Shown here piece by piece: positions 13,901 through 27,400 of a stretch of DNA of 64,000 bases. This stretch comes from Selaginella moellendorffii (Eukaryota > Plantae > Lycopodiophyta), in the NCBI RefSeq assembly GCF_000143415.4, contig NW_003314262.1, positions 4,164,021-4,228,020 on the forward strand, in the 5' to 3' direction. How positions within the stretch are numbered: the first letter of the stretch is position 1; the number at the start of each line of letters is the position of its first letter. The notes below the pieces were generated by a model. It was not told the origin of the DNA. It did no database searches and was given only the letters and a program-made list of their open reading frames with translations. Made by a program: the position numbers and the translations under genes.

Positions 13901-16079
13901 TTACTTTGCCTAGGTAATATACTAATCATAATACTATAGCATATGAACCATCTATTGAGGATTAAATCTAATCCATCCATTCTTGTATATAAGTAAGGGT
14001 TTAAACCTCAATTATGATATATATTCCTATATCCCGAGCACTCACAATTATAACTTTTTTGAATTTATCTTTGATTGAAATTTGGACTTGTCAACAATAT
14101 TTATATTATTGATATATGTATAATGGATTACTTAATATCTCCCTTGTGCTTTTGAAATCTATAAAAGTTATATATAAAACTTAGTACTTTTGCCAAAAGT
14201 ATTTAGCTATAATTTGCAAGACTACTTAGTTGCACTTTCCAAAGACACATTTATAAGGGATGATATGATACTAACAACTGTAATTTTAATATTTGTTGCA
14301 TTGTTATGCTTAATGTTATTGAGAAGTTACATATGAGAAGTTTTTATAAATATTTTAAAGAATACATATTTTAAATTTTCTTTTCTCATGTTAGAAAAAC
14401 TCTATACTATGATCCATTTATACTAACAATTAACCATACAAATCAAATTTGACTAAAGGTAGGTGTTCGAGATATATTGTTTTAATTAACTTAAACTATA
14501 AATTTTAGTTATATGTAAAAAAAATTAAATTTTATTTTTTAATGATTAAAGAATGCTTTTATAAACAGTTATGTATCTTATATTTGTGAGTGTTTTGGAT
14601 TTGGGACTAGATATATTAATCCCAAATGGATGGGTTATATATTATATTACTATAATATCATTTAGACAAAGTAATATAGATTTAATATGAAAAAGTGATA
14701 ATAAGTTAGGTGGATTATCTATTAGAAAATTATAAATTAATAGTTGAAGCTCCTATAGAACCACCAATGTATGACAAATTTTAAATGCTCAAATCAACCT
14801 TAAATCTATAATTATGAACAAAAGAAATGGACTTTTTAAGGCAATATAGTTGTAGAAAATTATAAATTATGTCTTTATATCTGCCTTGTTTTGGCCAACC
14901 TCTAAACCACTGTTAACTTAAAAACTCACAACCATTTCCCTTCAATTTGTAAGCCTCAATCAATATAAAAGTGGGACATATATACAGAATGGATGGATGA
15001 AATTCAGTTCCAAATGAATGGTTTATATATTATAACTATTTTACCTAAGTAGGGTGATTATAAACAACCTAAAAGAACTTGAGATATAATTTATTAGAGT
15101 TCAAATATAAAATTCAAACTTCATGAGGTTACCCATTCAAACTCAATGTCCCAATATTTATTCAAATGTAAAAATGCTTAACTTCAACTTCCCCCAGGAG
15201 CTTACATTATAGGGTCATATACATTCAAGGTCAATTAATAATTTTTTATATTATAATTATTGTAACATTGTTACAATAAAATTAATTTTTTTTAAAAATA
15301 AATTTATGAACTTAATTTAATTGTGAATACTATATATAAAATTATGTACAATTTCTTATATCATATAAAATTTAAAATTAAAATAAAGAATAATAAATTG
15401 CATATCCTTTTATGATTATCAGTCTGAAAATCTTATAATTTTAATTACTCAATTAATGATAAAGGATCTCATAGTTCCAACCAAGTGGTGGGAGGAGCTG
15501 CAGTGCAAGTGGTGGCTGAGAGAGTTCCTTATCTAGATATTGAGGATCGAGAGATAAATAATTTCCTATGCTAAAGGCTGGCAAGGAGTGATCATACAGC
15601 ACATTACTCTGTACTGCTGCTTTGGCTTTGCAATATAAAGGCAAAAATCACGATCTTTGAAGCACAAGACCTAGGAAGAATAAAAATATGTGCTCCATTG
15701 ATCTTCTTGCTAGCATATTTCACACTGCTGTCCCACCACCGAGTCGCCCAGCTGCCCCTGCTCACTAGCACGATCCCATTCCGGATTAATAAGTGTGTTA
15801 TTGCTTCCTCAACTTTTTGGCAAGGATGAATAGTCTTGGTAGCTAGCATTCTTCAGAGGAGTCTTCGCAAATCTTTTTGATTAATTAATTTAAACATAAG
15901 TTCAACCTTAACTTAAGATGGCAAAAAGAACAAACGGAGTCCAAATGAGGATGCTGCGCTGTTTTCCTTTTCAACCATTTGCTCGCGGCACTGCTCTTAG
16001 CGTCCACCACCACCAGTGGGAGTGCTCTAGAAAGTGAGCCGTAAGCTTCTGCAGCCCGCACATCTGCCGAGCACCCGGA

Positions 16080-16820
16080 CTCCTTCATTAGCCGAAGACT
16101 TCATAAACCCCGGCCAAGTTCCTCATGCACTCTGCCTTGCTCGACCGTGTAGCTACTTCCATTTCTCCTTGGATGAAGGAACTAATCAAAGTCCTGATGC
16201 CATTCGTTTGATAAGATAAAATGCTTGCACGACCCTGGCCGAGAAGAGGAGTCACCAAAGTGTTGTAGTTGACAGCAATGGGAACACAGCCTTGTCCAGC
16301 CATCTCCTCCAGGTCCACAGCATGGACCCGGACTCCTCCATTACCAGACGATGTTTCGAACGATCGAGCCTGTGAGCCTGGCACAGCCTGCCTGCGAGCT
16401 TTTTTCCCTTGTCTCCTTGCAAGTCACAGTATTTGGAGAAACTTCCGTCTCTGAAGACTTCAAGTTTCCTGCCTATGATGAAAACAGTCGGTGACGAGAA
16501 GATGTCGGCCAAACGTTGCAATACCATGCCAGCTTGATAGCTTGATGGCGTCCGGAGGTCAGGAGTATCTGTTAGAAGAACTGCACCTCATCCACTCTGC
16601 CTTGCTCGAACAGAGTGTGAATCTTAATATCTGGAGAAAGCCTGTGCCGTCCACAACTTTGAAAGCTCCTTCCAGGATGACCGCACTAGAGTGCCATTCG
16701 TCTGAGAGAAAAGGCTTCCTTGGCACGACCCTGGCTGAGGAGAGCATTCATCGAAGTGTTGTAGGCGACAGAATCAAGAGCACAGCCTTGTCCTGTCATA
16801 TCCTCCTGGAGGTAGTTTGT
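16080..16820 (-). pseudogene. PPR-repeat gene remnant, two related units
   Basis: LEEMAGQGCVPIAVNYNTLVTPLLGQGRA and MTGQGCALDSVAYNTSMNALLSQGRAKEAF match the PPR consensus. Frames are broken. Confidence 0.6.
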
Positions 16821-17344
16821 ATCCTTTGTCAACCTCGTTGTCTCGTGACGACTTTTGGCCGAGGATTCGAAAAGCCATTTCTCTGTAGCCGCCTAAAGCA
16901 TGCCTACCGAGCTACGCTCAGAAGCGATGCGCTTGAAAATTGTGTAAGCAGGACCAAGGATGCTGGCTTTGAGAATGCAGCATGTACCATCCTTCTAAAT
17001 CAAAGAATCCAAGAGAATCCTTCCTACAAGAGGATCAGTAGATGTGATTGTGCCGCTCCTGTAGAAGGCATTGGACGCTTGGAACTTGAGAAGGATGAGA
17101 TCAATGCTTCTTCTGGAGGAGCCCCCAGAAAAACACCGAACAGCGCAACTACAGATGCTTCGTGTCGCTGTGCGTATTCTGTCGCAGCAGCTCCTCACGA
17201 CTCACGTACACCAGTTGTTTTGATCGAGTAGGCCAGTAAGCATTCTTGGCAACCGTGAGAACTTACCATCAAATAGCAGCAGCGTCTTTGAAAATTCTCC
17301 AAGATGCTCGTAGTGTGTGCCGGTGATTGCGCTCGATCTCGTTC

Positions 17345-17440
17345 GCAGATTTCACCTTCCGCACAAGAGCATTGTGGATCTGGAACGTCCTCTCGATGAC
17401 GGTGTCCAAGATGGGTGGGTTCGAGCCTTGGCAACCGGGA
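17345..17440 (-). pseudogene. Fragment of the germin-like gene 3' end
   Basis: GSNPPILDTVIERTFQIHNALVRK versus GSNPPILDAVIERTFQIDDALVQR in the 2753 gene. Confidence 0.8.
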
Positions 17441-17851
17441 AAACTGCAAGTTATACCCGGCTCCGTGTAAACGATGATCTGGAAGTCGGTCATGGAGAGC
17501 TCCATTTTCTCCTCCAGGGCCTTCATCGCTTGCAAGATCGCGAATTTCCAGCTCGGATCGACACGGAGAGCGAGAGAAAGCCAGAAAGTAGGAGAAGATC
17601 CACCGATCCACCGATCCTCCTCAAAATCCTCCGCTAAGAACGCGACTTTAGAGGCTAAGGAAAGCTGACGCATTGATTTCCATAAAACCATGTCAGCTCA
17701 TACTACCGAGAAGACTCTCAAAGACCACAAGGGTCAAAACCACGTATGTTACAAGTTGAGAAATCGTTGGAATAGAAAATAGTGGAATAGAAAGTAACTA
17801 TACGGTTTTTATAAGTTATTCTGGCTTATGTTAAAAAAATTCTCGTTTGCT

Positions 17852-19842
17852 TCATTGAGCGTTCGAGTGACAGTGCTTGGAACAGGTTCTCCGAGCGTTG
17901 ATCGCGTGGAACTTTGGCTCGATTGGAATCGTGAGCTTCTTCGTGGACCTGGCAAGGAAATCAAATATCAGTTCCGGAGTTCTCAAGCTTCATTCTATGG
18001 CGATTACCTTTGAGGCCTGAAAGGCCGATCGAACAATGGCATTCTCACTTGCCTGCGTGTGTCTTTCATGTTTACTGGTTCGCCTGGAAGTGTTTGAGAA
18101 GTGGCCAAGTCCTTGGTGATCATCTGGATTGTGTGGAGTGAGTAATGGTAGTACAAAACCAGCAAAAGTTTGCGAACCTCGATGCTGACTTCTACTGGGC
18201 TTCGATTGTCTTTAGTCCTCGGTGGTGCTCGTTGATGTTTTCTCTTGAGAGGAAAAGCCTGTACAAAACAAAGCTATGCATAGAATGCGGTGTTGGAAGA
18301 CGCCAGAGAAAATTACCTTTGGCTGGCTTGTAGCAGCAGATGGAGGTATTACAACCGAGCCCTCTCTAAGAGCGATGTACTGCTCCATCTTCTTGTTGAA
18401 TTCAATCTCCTTGAGAGCACCTCTTTCCTGTTGGATGGTTTTCAAGGCTTTGAGAAGTTTGAAGTAACGTAGGAGCTACTTACCTCTGTTCTTAGCCTGA
18501 ATGGTTGTGGACAAGTCACTCTTGGTCGCTTTAGCGGAATTGAGAGTGATGGCGGAGGAGAGGGACAAGCGACGGGAGGTATAGCCTGTTAACACACAAG
18601 TCTTAGATTACACGACGCAATGCAAAGCAGGCACTTCACCTTTTTTATGGTCTTCCGTCTCGTGGTCGTCTCTATACTAATTTTCCTGCGAAACAAAAGA
18701 ACATGTGTTTTAACGAAGAGAAAAGAGTGAAGTCTCGCGTACCGCCTTCTTCTTCCAGTTTGCTGTGTGTTTTCCTTACGTGTTGCTTTAAAAGAAAAAG
18801 CTGGCTTGGTTTCCTGGAAGTTACCAGTGTCTATCCGAGATTTGTCCACGGCCAGTTCTTCCGATTTTTTATCTGCGCAGACAGCACCGAGAACTTCCGA
18901 GCAAACTTTGACGGTCTTCTCTTCATCCCCCAGCCTCAGTAGTTTGATCGCAGATTCCAGTATGACCGCCTGCTCGACGACATACTTTGCGGCAGCTTCG
19001 CTATCCCTGCTCGAGTCGCCTTGCTTTTTCTGTGACACTTGCAACTCCGACTGGGCAGCTTCAACTGGTTTTCGAGCCGGAAGCACAGTCGCTTCGTTTT
19101 GAGTCAGAGTTCCTCGATAAGATCCACAGTCTGCTCCGTCTCGAGGGGCGTCTCTCAGTTTTTGGAAAAGCGCCTTCGCTTTGCTGAACGGCTGTTGCTG
19201 CGTAGCTTTTCGAGTTCCAAGAACTTTCTTCTTCTGTGGGACAGTTGCCGGAAAATTCCCTGACAAATACCTGTAGACTTGTGGCACTGGAGAGACCTCT
19301 CCCGGCTTCTGGAGCTTTCTCACACCCTTTGCTGCTGGAGCTAGCTCTTTCTTGAAGATTTCGTTCGTGGCAACCTCGGGAGGTAATTGTCCAACTGGTT
19401 TTACTTGGTTTGGATCCTTGTTCTCTGAGCACTGCTCATACCTTGGCGACTTTGGATCCAACGAAGAACTGTCCTTGATCAAAGATTGTTTCCTGGAAGA
19501 ATGATCTCTCCGATTAAGAGGGTAACGAAACAGCACGCTCAAACCTGGATGCATTGTTTGATCCAGTTTGTAGAATCGATTGGACAGTGCTGTTCACAAG
19601 ATCCTGGCAAGAACAACGGCTGGTCAAGCCCAAAGCCAATATTTCGGGGAAATCCGGCATACCTTGATGTTCTTGGAGGCCAATCCATCGAGGAACCACG
19701 CGTCGGCGTTGCCAGAATCCCTGGGATTGATGAAATCGTAGAACTTGGGCGCCTGGAAGCTCTCGTAAAACTCATCCCGGAAGAACGATATCCCGCTGCT
19801 CATTCCCAGCTCGAAATCGTCCATTACCCTGCCGCCGCTCAC
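17852..19842 (-). CDS. TPX2-like microtubule-associated protein (multi-exon)
   Basis: N-terminal Aurora-binding-like motif EFYESFQAPKFYDF…DAWF. The spliced C-terminus FRPQ/RSTKKLTIPIEPKFH matches the TPX2 C-terminal motif. Stop at 17852-17854. Confidence 0.7.
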
Positions 19843-20091
19843 TGAATCCAGCTTTTCTTTCCAGTCCTAGCCCTAGCCCTTGCCGATGCTCGCTCATCCA
19901 GGAATCCAAGATCACCGAGAGGGCGACAAAGCCGCAAAATGCAATAAATTAGGGTTCTACGGGGTCTTTAGTGACCGTTCGGAGAGCATATACCACGAAT
20001 GTGAGCCGTCCGTGCGCAAGCCGTACAGTTTCGTACGCGTCCGTACGGACGCCCTCGTGCGTGACCGTTTCGCGATTTTAACAGCTCCCTT

Positions 20092-21435
20092 TCATTCTTT
20101 TTTGGCTCGTTGTTGCGCAGTGGCTGCCGGGCTCGCGGTTGGATCGCGGCTGCGTTTTGGAGAACGCCACTTGCTCACAGCCGCCACGAATCCATCCGAC
20201 ATTATAAGACGAACTGCGTCGGCACCACGCTCGTAGCAAACATCAATCTGGAAGAGCCAAAAACGAGAACACGGGAAAAGATCTACCAAGTTAGTGAAAG
20301 TTCTCTCGATCAAACCAAGCTCTCTTTCACCTCAACTTTCTCGCGCTGCGTGAATTTTTGTAGCACGTAGGCTTTTGGATCCATGGCACCCGGGGGCCGT
20401 CCAATCCCTGTCGTAGAAAAGCAACGAAAACGCATTAACCAATGAGTGGATTCTTCGTCCCGTTACCGATGCGCAACCGAGGGATGTTCTTGTTGTCCTT
20501 GAATCTCTCGATGATGTTCCTCATGCTGCGAGAAACGTAGAACATCAGATGATTCGTGAGGTTCGAACGATGTGGAACTTTACCCGTTGTGACCACCCGG
20601 ACCACCCTTGGGAACCATTTTCATTGCTGCTACGTCCAAGTTCATATCGTCGTGAATCTGGAAAAAATGGAACGCCATCGTTCTCGAGCAAGTGAAATCA
20701 AGAGCAGCTTACCACTAGTATGTTGTCGGGCTTGACTCTGTAGTACAAAGCAAGAGGCGAAACCTGGGAAAAAGATTGGCAAAAGAAGTTCTTTCGCAAA
20801 GTGATAATTTCGGCCATACCGCATCGCCACTTAAGTTCATGTATGTCTGTGGTTTAACGAGCAAAACTGGCACACCTTCGATCATGCCTGTAGCAAGCAA
20901 AAAACGAAGAAGGAAAAAAAAATTAAAATTCTCAGCGCTTGTGTGAAAGAAGGATCCAACCTTTTCCAACGAGCGCTTTGCATTGTATCGTGTTGAGCTT
21001 GATGTTTTCCTGAAGAGCCAAGAGATCGATCGCCTCAAAACCAACCTGGAACAAAGCAAAGAACACTCTAAGCGAAGAAAAAAAGCAAAGAGACACACCC
21101 ACACAAACACACACATTGTGACGAGTTCCCACAAATTTGGAGCCCGGATTTCCCAGCCCGACAATCATCCACTTGGAGGCCCTCGGGCGCTTGAAAGGCT
21201 CCTCATTGTCATCCGGATCATCGCTCTCTTCCTCCTGAGACGACGAAGGCCCTTCTCGCCCACCAGCGTTTGCTCTAGTCACAAACGAAATCCTCCAAGC
21301 CAATGCCGGAGGAGCCAACCTGGTGATGAATGCCGGCGCCACGCGAAGAGCTTGCGCAATCCCGGCAGCGCCGCTGGAGCTCCTCGCTACTTGCGGATGG
21401 AATCGGCCAACAGCGGCCGCGTAAGAGAGAATCAT
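20092..21435 (-). CDS. Peptidyl-tRNA hydrolase (organellar, Pth/CRS2-like), multi-exon
   Basis: IVGLGNPG…TRHNVGF, KPQTYMNLSG, GGHNG and GRPPG motifs. N-terminal transit-peptide-like extension. Confidence 0.9.
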
Positions 21436-21499
21436 AGCTCCTGGCCAAGAACCCTAAAATAATTTTAGGGCTCAAACAGAGGAGGAAGAGGAGGAGGCA

Positions 21500-23736
21500 A
21501 TGGCGACGACGAAAGGTACGCAATCCTCCTGAGAGCGCTGCTAGATCTAAGCTCTCTTTTCTAGAGGCCGGATGGTTCTACTTGGACAGCGGCTCCAATC
21601 ATCGAGGTCCTTTCAAGATCGATCAGCTGCGTGGTATGTTTCTTTTCCCTCTTGTTCTTCGCATGTTTAGATGCATTCGCATGGGTATCAAATCTTCGGG
21701 AACCTCTTTTTCATCTTCGTGCTGCTTGATTGTTGCGGATTCTTCCAGTCTTGCACTTAAGAATAGTGGTACTGGATGATGTTTTGATACAGACTCTAAG
21801 GATTTCATCAATGTTCGCATTGTGGTACATGGGTTTTGTCCCCAGACTTATACTCTGCGGGCGACTTAACTGGAAGCTCGATGATTTGGGCCGATGGAAG
21901 AAGTGAATGGAGCCCTCTCTCAGCCATCCCTGACGTCTACGAGAAAGTTGCTGGAGGAACCAAGCCAGGGACTGAAAATGGTAGCGTGGATACGAAAACC
22001 ACTGCTACTACTACGTCGGAAACCACTGCGGAGGACGACGACGACTTTAGAAAGTGGCAAGAGGAGATTCGGAAGGCTGAAGAGGAGGCTGCGATGCTAA
22101 AGTCTGGAAAAGCACCGAGAGCATCCAACCCGTTCAAGAAGCGAAAGGAGGCTGACAAAGATCGTCCGGAAGGATTTCCAGAGGGTGAAGAGCGCTTCAC
22201 TGATGACGATGGAACAATCTACAACTGGGACAAGAGGAACAAAGTCTGGATACCCGAGGTAATTTTCCTTGCTTTCCTGTTTTGGTTTTTGTTTATCATT
22301 TTGCTGGATCTCGACTTCTTCTACTCAGAACGAGGACGCGCCAGCCAGTGCGAACTATGCAGCTGCAGAGGAGAATGCCACTCAAGGAGAACAAACCATG
22401 CCAGCCAGCAACCACGCATCAAAGCAGACCGCACCGCCTCCAGAAGAGAAAGAAAAATCCGTAGAGCACCAGGAGGCTGCAATGCCGACTGGAAAGAAGG
22501 TATGCGTTGTTTCTGTTTAAAAGGCAAAACTTTTTTCTCTCTTTTCATAGGAAGCACAACCAGAGCCCGAGAGCTGGTTTGAGCTGAAAGTTAATACCAA
22601 TGTCTACGTGACCGGGATACCGGAGGATGCTACCGTAGATGAGGTAAATTTTTCAATCGCGTGATAGACGGCTAGCGAAATCGAGTTTTGCAGGTTGTCG
22701 AAGTTTTCTCCAAATGCGGGCTTATTAAAGAGGTCAGTCTTGCGGTCGATAGGTTCTCACTTGCTGGTTTGGTTTCCAGGATTTGGAGACGAAGAAGCCT
22801 CGTGTTAAACTTTATGTCGACAAGGCTACGGGCATGCAGAAGGGGGATGGACTCGTTACATACTTGAAGGTAAATCTATGAACATATCTCTTGTGCCTCT
22901 TAAAATATCATCTCTACCTTAACGAAAAGGAACCATCAGTAGAGCTAGCTATCAAAATCCTGGACGGCACTCCACTGCGACCCGGGGGAACAAAGCTCAT
23001 GACTGTGTCATTGGCGCAGTTTCAACAAAAAGGTACGAAGCATTTCTCCCGTTACCATAAAACGTACCTTTGCTGTTATTTGCAGGCGAGGTTTTCGTCA
23101 AGAAACAGACCAACAGGAACAAGAAGAAAAAGATGAAGCAATTGGAGGAGAAAGCTCTGGGCTGGGGTCAGCTTTTCGTTTGCACTGTTTTAAAAGTTGT
23201 TTGACGCTTACTTTCTTTTCATGCAGCTGGCTCGGATGCAAAGAAAGCACGGCCCATCAGCGTGGTGCTGAAGAACATGTTCTTACCGAAAGAAATCACG
23301 GTACTTTCCATAGATTTGGAGAAAAAGCTCTCACGCGCGTCCTTCCCATGCTTTCAGGATGAACCAACTTTACTTTCCGAGCTGGAAACGGACGTAGGCA
23401 TCGAGTGCTCGAAAATCGGCACGGTGGAAAAGGTCCGTATCTTCGAGAGGCATCCGGAGGGAGTAATCGTGGTGAAGTTCAAGAACCGGGAGGAAGGTCT
23501 CAGTTGCATCAGGCTGATGGACGGTCGCTGGTAAGAAAAAGAAAACCTTTCGTTTTCTCGCTTTGAATTCTTTCTTTTCCAACTCAAAAACTAAACTTCT
23601 CCCTCGCAGGTTTGGAGGTAGACAGATCGAAGCAGCCGAAGACGCTGGATTGGTGGATTACGCGGCGGTGGTGGATCTGGCCGAGGAGGCCGAACGGCTC
23701 GAAAAGTTTGGAGCTGAGCTAGAGGCCGGACTTTAA
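21500..23736 (+). CDS. HTATSF1/CUS2/UAP2-like splicing factor (GYF_2 + RRM + UHM)
   Basis: GPF…QL and IWADGRSEW (GYF_2), [40 protein letters not shown], and VVLKNMF…[10 protein letters not shown]…MDGRWFGGRQ. Confidence 0.9.
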
Positions 23737-24425
23737 GAGCTGGGATGGATATGGATCGATCAAACAGCGATGGTATAATAGCTGCCTTCACAGTTTTTGC
23801 GGAAGAATGTCACACAAAACTGTGTTGTTTTTGTCACCAGAAGTTAATGTGGTGGATCTTCCTGGGATCGCGACTGTCTTCAATACATAGATGATCTTGT
23901 CAAGCGTAAGATCCACTTCAATGAGCCCAAGAGTCAATAGTAGGAAGATCACAACCACTGGTATTTAATCGTTTTGTTTACCCGGTAACGTTCTTATTCC
24001 TGGGATCGACGATCGCAATCGTGCAACGTGGATTTAGTGTCGCGTCGCGCCCGTGGCCGCTGGATGCTCTGTTGTTGTTGGTTTAATTGGAACCGGCCGA
24101 TGCGGACGATCCGGCGGCTGCGAAGCCCTCCCTCCAGCGCTCGATGTTCTCTCTCCACGACCGGGTGAGAGAGAGGCGGGATTAAAACTTTGGTACCGCA
24201 TCAGATCTCTGCAGCTCCTAGGGTTTGTGGATTTGTGGATTTGTGAAGCGCGCCAGCTGAGCGGCTATGGCGCCGATCGATATCAGGCAAGCCGCGGGCG
24301 CGATGGTCGGTCTGGGTGCTCGCGATGGCCGCATTGAGCTGAGATCACCAGTGCGATCGAGGTGAAATTTCTCTGGGGATGTTCTAGGGCGTGGAGAATC
24401 CAGGCGCTCGTCATTGCATGGGAGA

Positions 24426-27400
24426 ATGTCGCTTTTTCGCAGATTTTTCTACCGGAGGCCCCCCGATGGGCTCCTGGAGATATCCGAGAGGGTTTTCGGT
24501 AAGCGCTCGTCCTTGATCCATTTCACATTCATCCATTCTTTCTTGTGCTTCTGTGGATCCAGTCTTTGACTCGTGCTTCTCCACCGACGTCTTCGAGGAG
24601 GAGACTTACAAGCTCTACTTGCGCCAGATCGCTATGCAAATCCACGAGCAGTTCCCCGACTCGTCCTTCCTCGTCTTCAACTTCCGCGAGGGCGAGAGGA
24701 AGAGCCAGCTGACCGAGATGCTATCGCAGTACGAGATGACCGTGATGGACTATCCACGCCAGTACGAGGGCTGCCCGATTCTTCCCATGGAGATGATCCA
24801 CCACTTCTTGCGATCCAGCGATAGCTGGCTCTCGCTCGAGGGGCAGCAAAACATCGTCTTGATGCACTGCGAGAGGGGGGGATGGCCGCTACTGGCGTTC
24901 ATTCTCGCCAGCTTTCTTATCTACAGGAAGATGTACACGGGCGAATTCAAGACGCTCGATATGCTCCACCGCGAGGCTCCAAAGGGATTGATGCAGCTGC
25001 TCACTCCTCTCAACCCGATGCCATCACAGCTAAGATATCTCCAGTACGTTGCTAGGAGGAACAACTCTCCGGAGTGGCCACCCCCGGATCGCTCGCTCAG
25101 CCTCGACTGCCTCATTCTCAGGGTGGTGCCTACTTTCGACGCCGAGGGTGGATGCCGGCCCCTCGTCCGGATTTATGGAAGAGATCCCCGATCAAAAGCA
25201 GGGAACAGGACGACGAGAATGCTCTTTGCCTTGGGAAAGAAGAACAAGTCTGTCCGGCACTATCGACAGGTAAGTTTGTGAACTTGCTGTTTCTTGTTCT
25301 TGCTTTGATCTCTTGTGTAACGCTCTCTTGTGTGTTCCAGACAGATTGTGATGTGGTCAAGATCGACGTACAGTGTGCTGTGCAAGGGGACGTGGTTCTC
25401 GAGTGCATCCACTTGGACTTGGAGTCGGACCGGGAGGAGATGATGTTCCGTGTCATGTTTAACACCGCTTTCATCCGCTCCAACATCCTGATGCTCAACC
25501 GGGACGACATTGACATACTTTGGAACGGGAAGGAGCGCTTCTCCAAGGACTTTCGAGCAGAGGTAAGCAAGCTCAACCAATCGTGGCAAAATTGATCTCT
25601 TCTTTGTTAGGTGCTTTTTGGTGAGACGGATGGATTTTCGTCCCCTGTGGCTCCTGTGCCGTCGCTGATAGAAGATAACAGTGGCTTGCCAATGGAAGCT
25701 TTTGCCAAAGTCCAGGAGCTCTTCAGTAGCGGGGACTGGCTAGACGGTGGCGGAGACGCGGCATTGAAGTTTCTCCAGCAGCTGACCACGGTTGGCAATG
25801 ATAGGAGGTTGACAATGGATCGAGCAGCACTAACAACGGCGGACAATGAGTGGACAATTATACCGAGCACCACCACCACCTCCGCCGCCGCCACCTTACC
25901 CCTAACCGACGACGATCACAACGGGACGAGTCCAACGTCATCGTCCAACTCTAGCTTCGCACCAGGTACTCCTTCGCCACCTCCTCCCCCGCCACTTCCA
26001 TCACCTCCGAGGTTGGCCATTTCGCGTTCTCCACCTCCCGCTCCACCACCACCAGTTTCTGTTACTGGTCGACCCCCTCCTCCGCCACCTCCACCACCTC
26101 CGTTCAAGCTTCCAAGTTCTACTGCTGGAGCTACTGCAAAGCCGCCACCGCCACCTCCACCTCCTCCACCGTTTCCTCGAGGGAATTTAGGTGCCCCACC
26201 AGGAAATTCAGCTGCACCACCACCTCCGCCTCCTCCACCGTTGCCTCGATGGAATTCAGCTGCACCACCTCCGCCTCCTCCACCACTGCCTCGAGGAAAT
26301 TCAGCTGCACCACCGCCTCCGCCTCCCCCACCTCCTCCGTTGCCTCGAGGAGATTCGGCTGCACCACCACCACCACCACCGCCTCCACCACTCCCTCGTG
26401 GCAATGCCGCTCCTCCACCGCCACGTCCAGTCCCTACTGCCCCTCCTCCACCTCCTCTTCCACAAGCTGCGAGGCCTCTAGCTTCATCAAGCTCACCACC
26501 GCCGCCGCCGCCGCCGCCGCCTTTACCGGGAATGCGAGGCACTCCTCCGCCTCCACCTCCGCCTTTGAAAGGACCGCCTCCACCTCCGCCTCCTCCTCTG
26601 GGGACGAAGTCGCCATTGCCTGGTGCACCACCTCCTCCGCCACCTGCATTGGGGAGAGGGCGAGGTAGTAGTCCTTTGACACCTTCGCCTCCTGGTGGTC
26701 GAGGCCGAGGACAGAATACTCTAGAATCTGCTACGCCGAAGAAGACCTCTCTCAAGCCATACCACTGGGTAAAGGTTACACGGGCTATGCAGGGCAGTCT
26801 ATGGGCGGAGCAGAAGCAGTCAAGGTTTTGTCTTGGCTCTTTTTTTCACGTGCTCACATTTTTTTGTGCGTGGTAGGCAACCTGAATTTGACATGAACGA
26901 GCTAGAGAACCTTTTCTCGAACGCTGTTCCAAATGCTGCTGTGGGTGGTGAGAGAGCGGGTGGTCGTCGTGCATCTCTAGTTCCCAAGCAGGAAAAAGTG
27001 CTCCTGGTAAGCTACCTTTCGTAGTAGAGGCGGAGGTCTCACTCTGTTTTATGCAGATTGATCTTAGACGATCGTACAATTGCGAGATAATGCTGACAAA
27101 AGTGAAGATGCCACTGCCTGAAGTTGTTGTAAGTTGCTCTCTACATTATGCAATGTGGTTTTTACTTCCAACCCTCAGAAAGCAATACTAGCGTTGGATG
27201 GGACGGTACTGGATGTTGATCAGGTTGATAATCTGATCAAGTTTTGTCCAACGAAGGAGGAGATGGAAACGCTCAAGGTTTCATTTCCAGACATGTTCTT
27301 GACATCTAGCTTACTCGCTTATCATTTTTCAGAACTACACGGGCGATAAAGAGTGTCTGGGCAAATGTGAGCAGGTTTGTCCCGCTTTGTCCGCCACAGC

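Noticed and set aside
25916-26755. Gly-rich 279-aa ORF
   Set aside because: Antisense shadow of the formin poly-Pro FH1 region.
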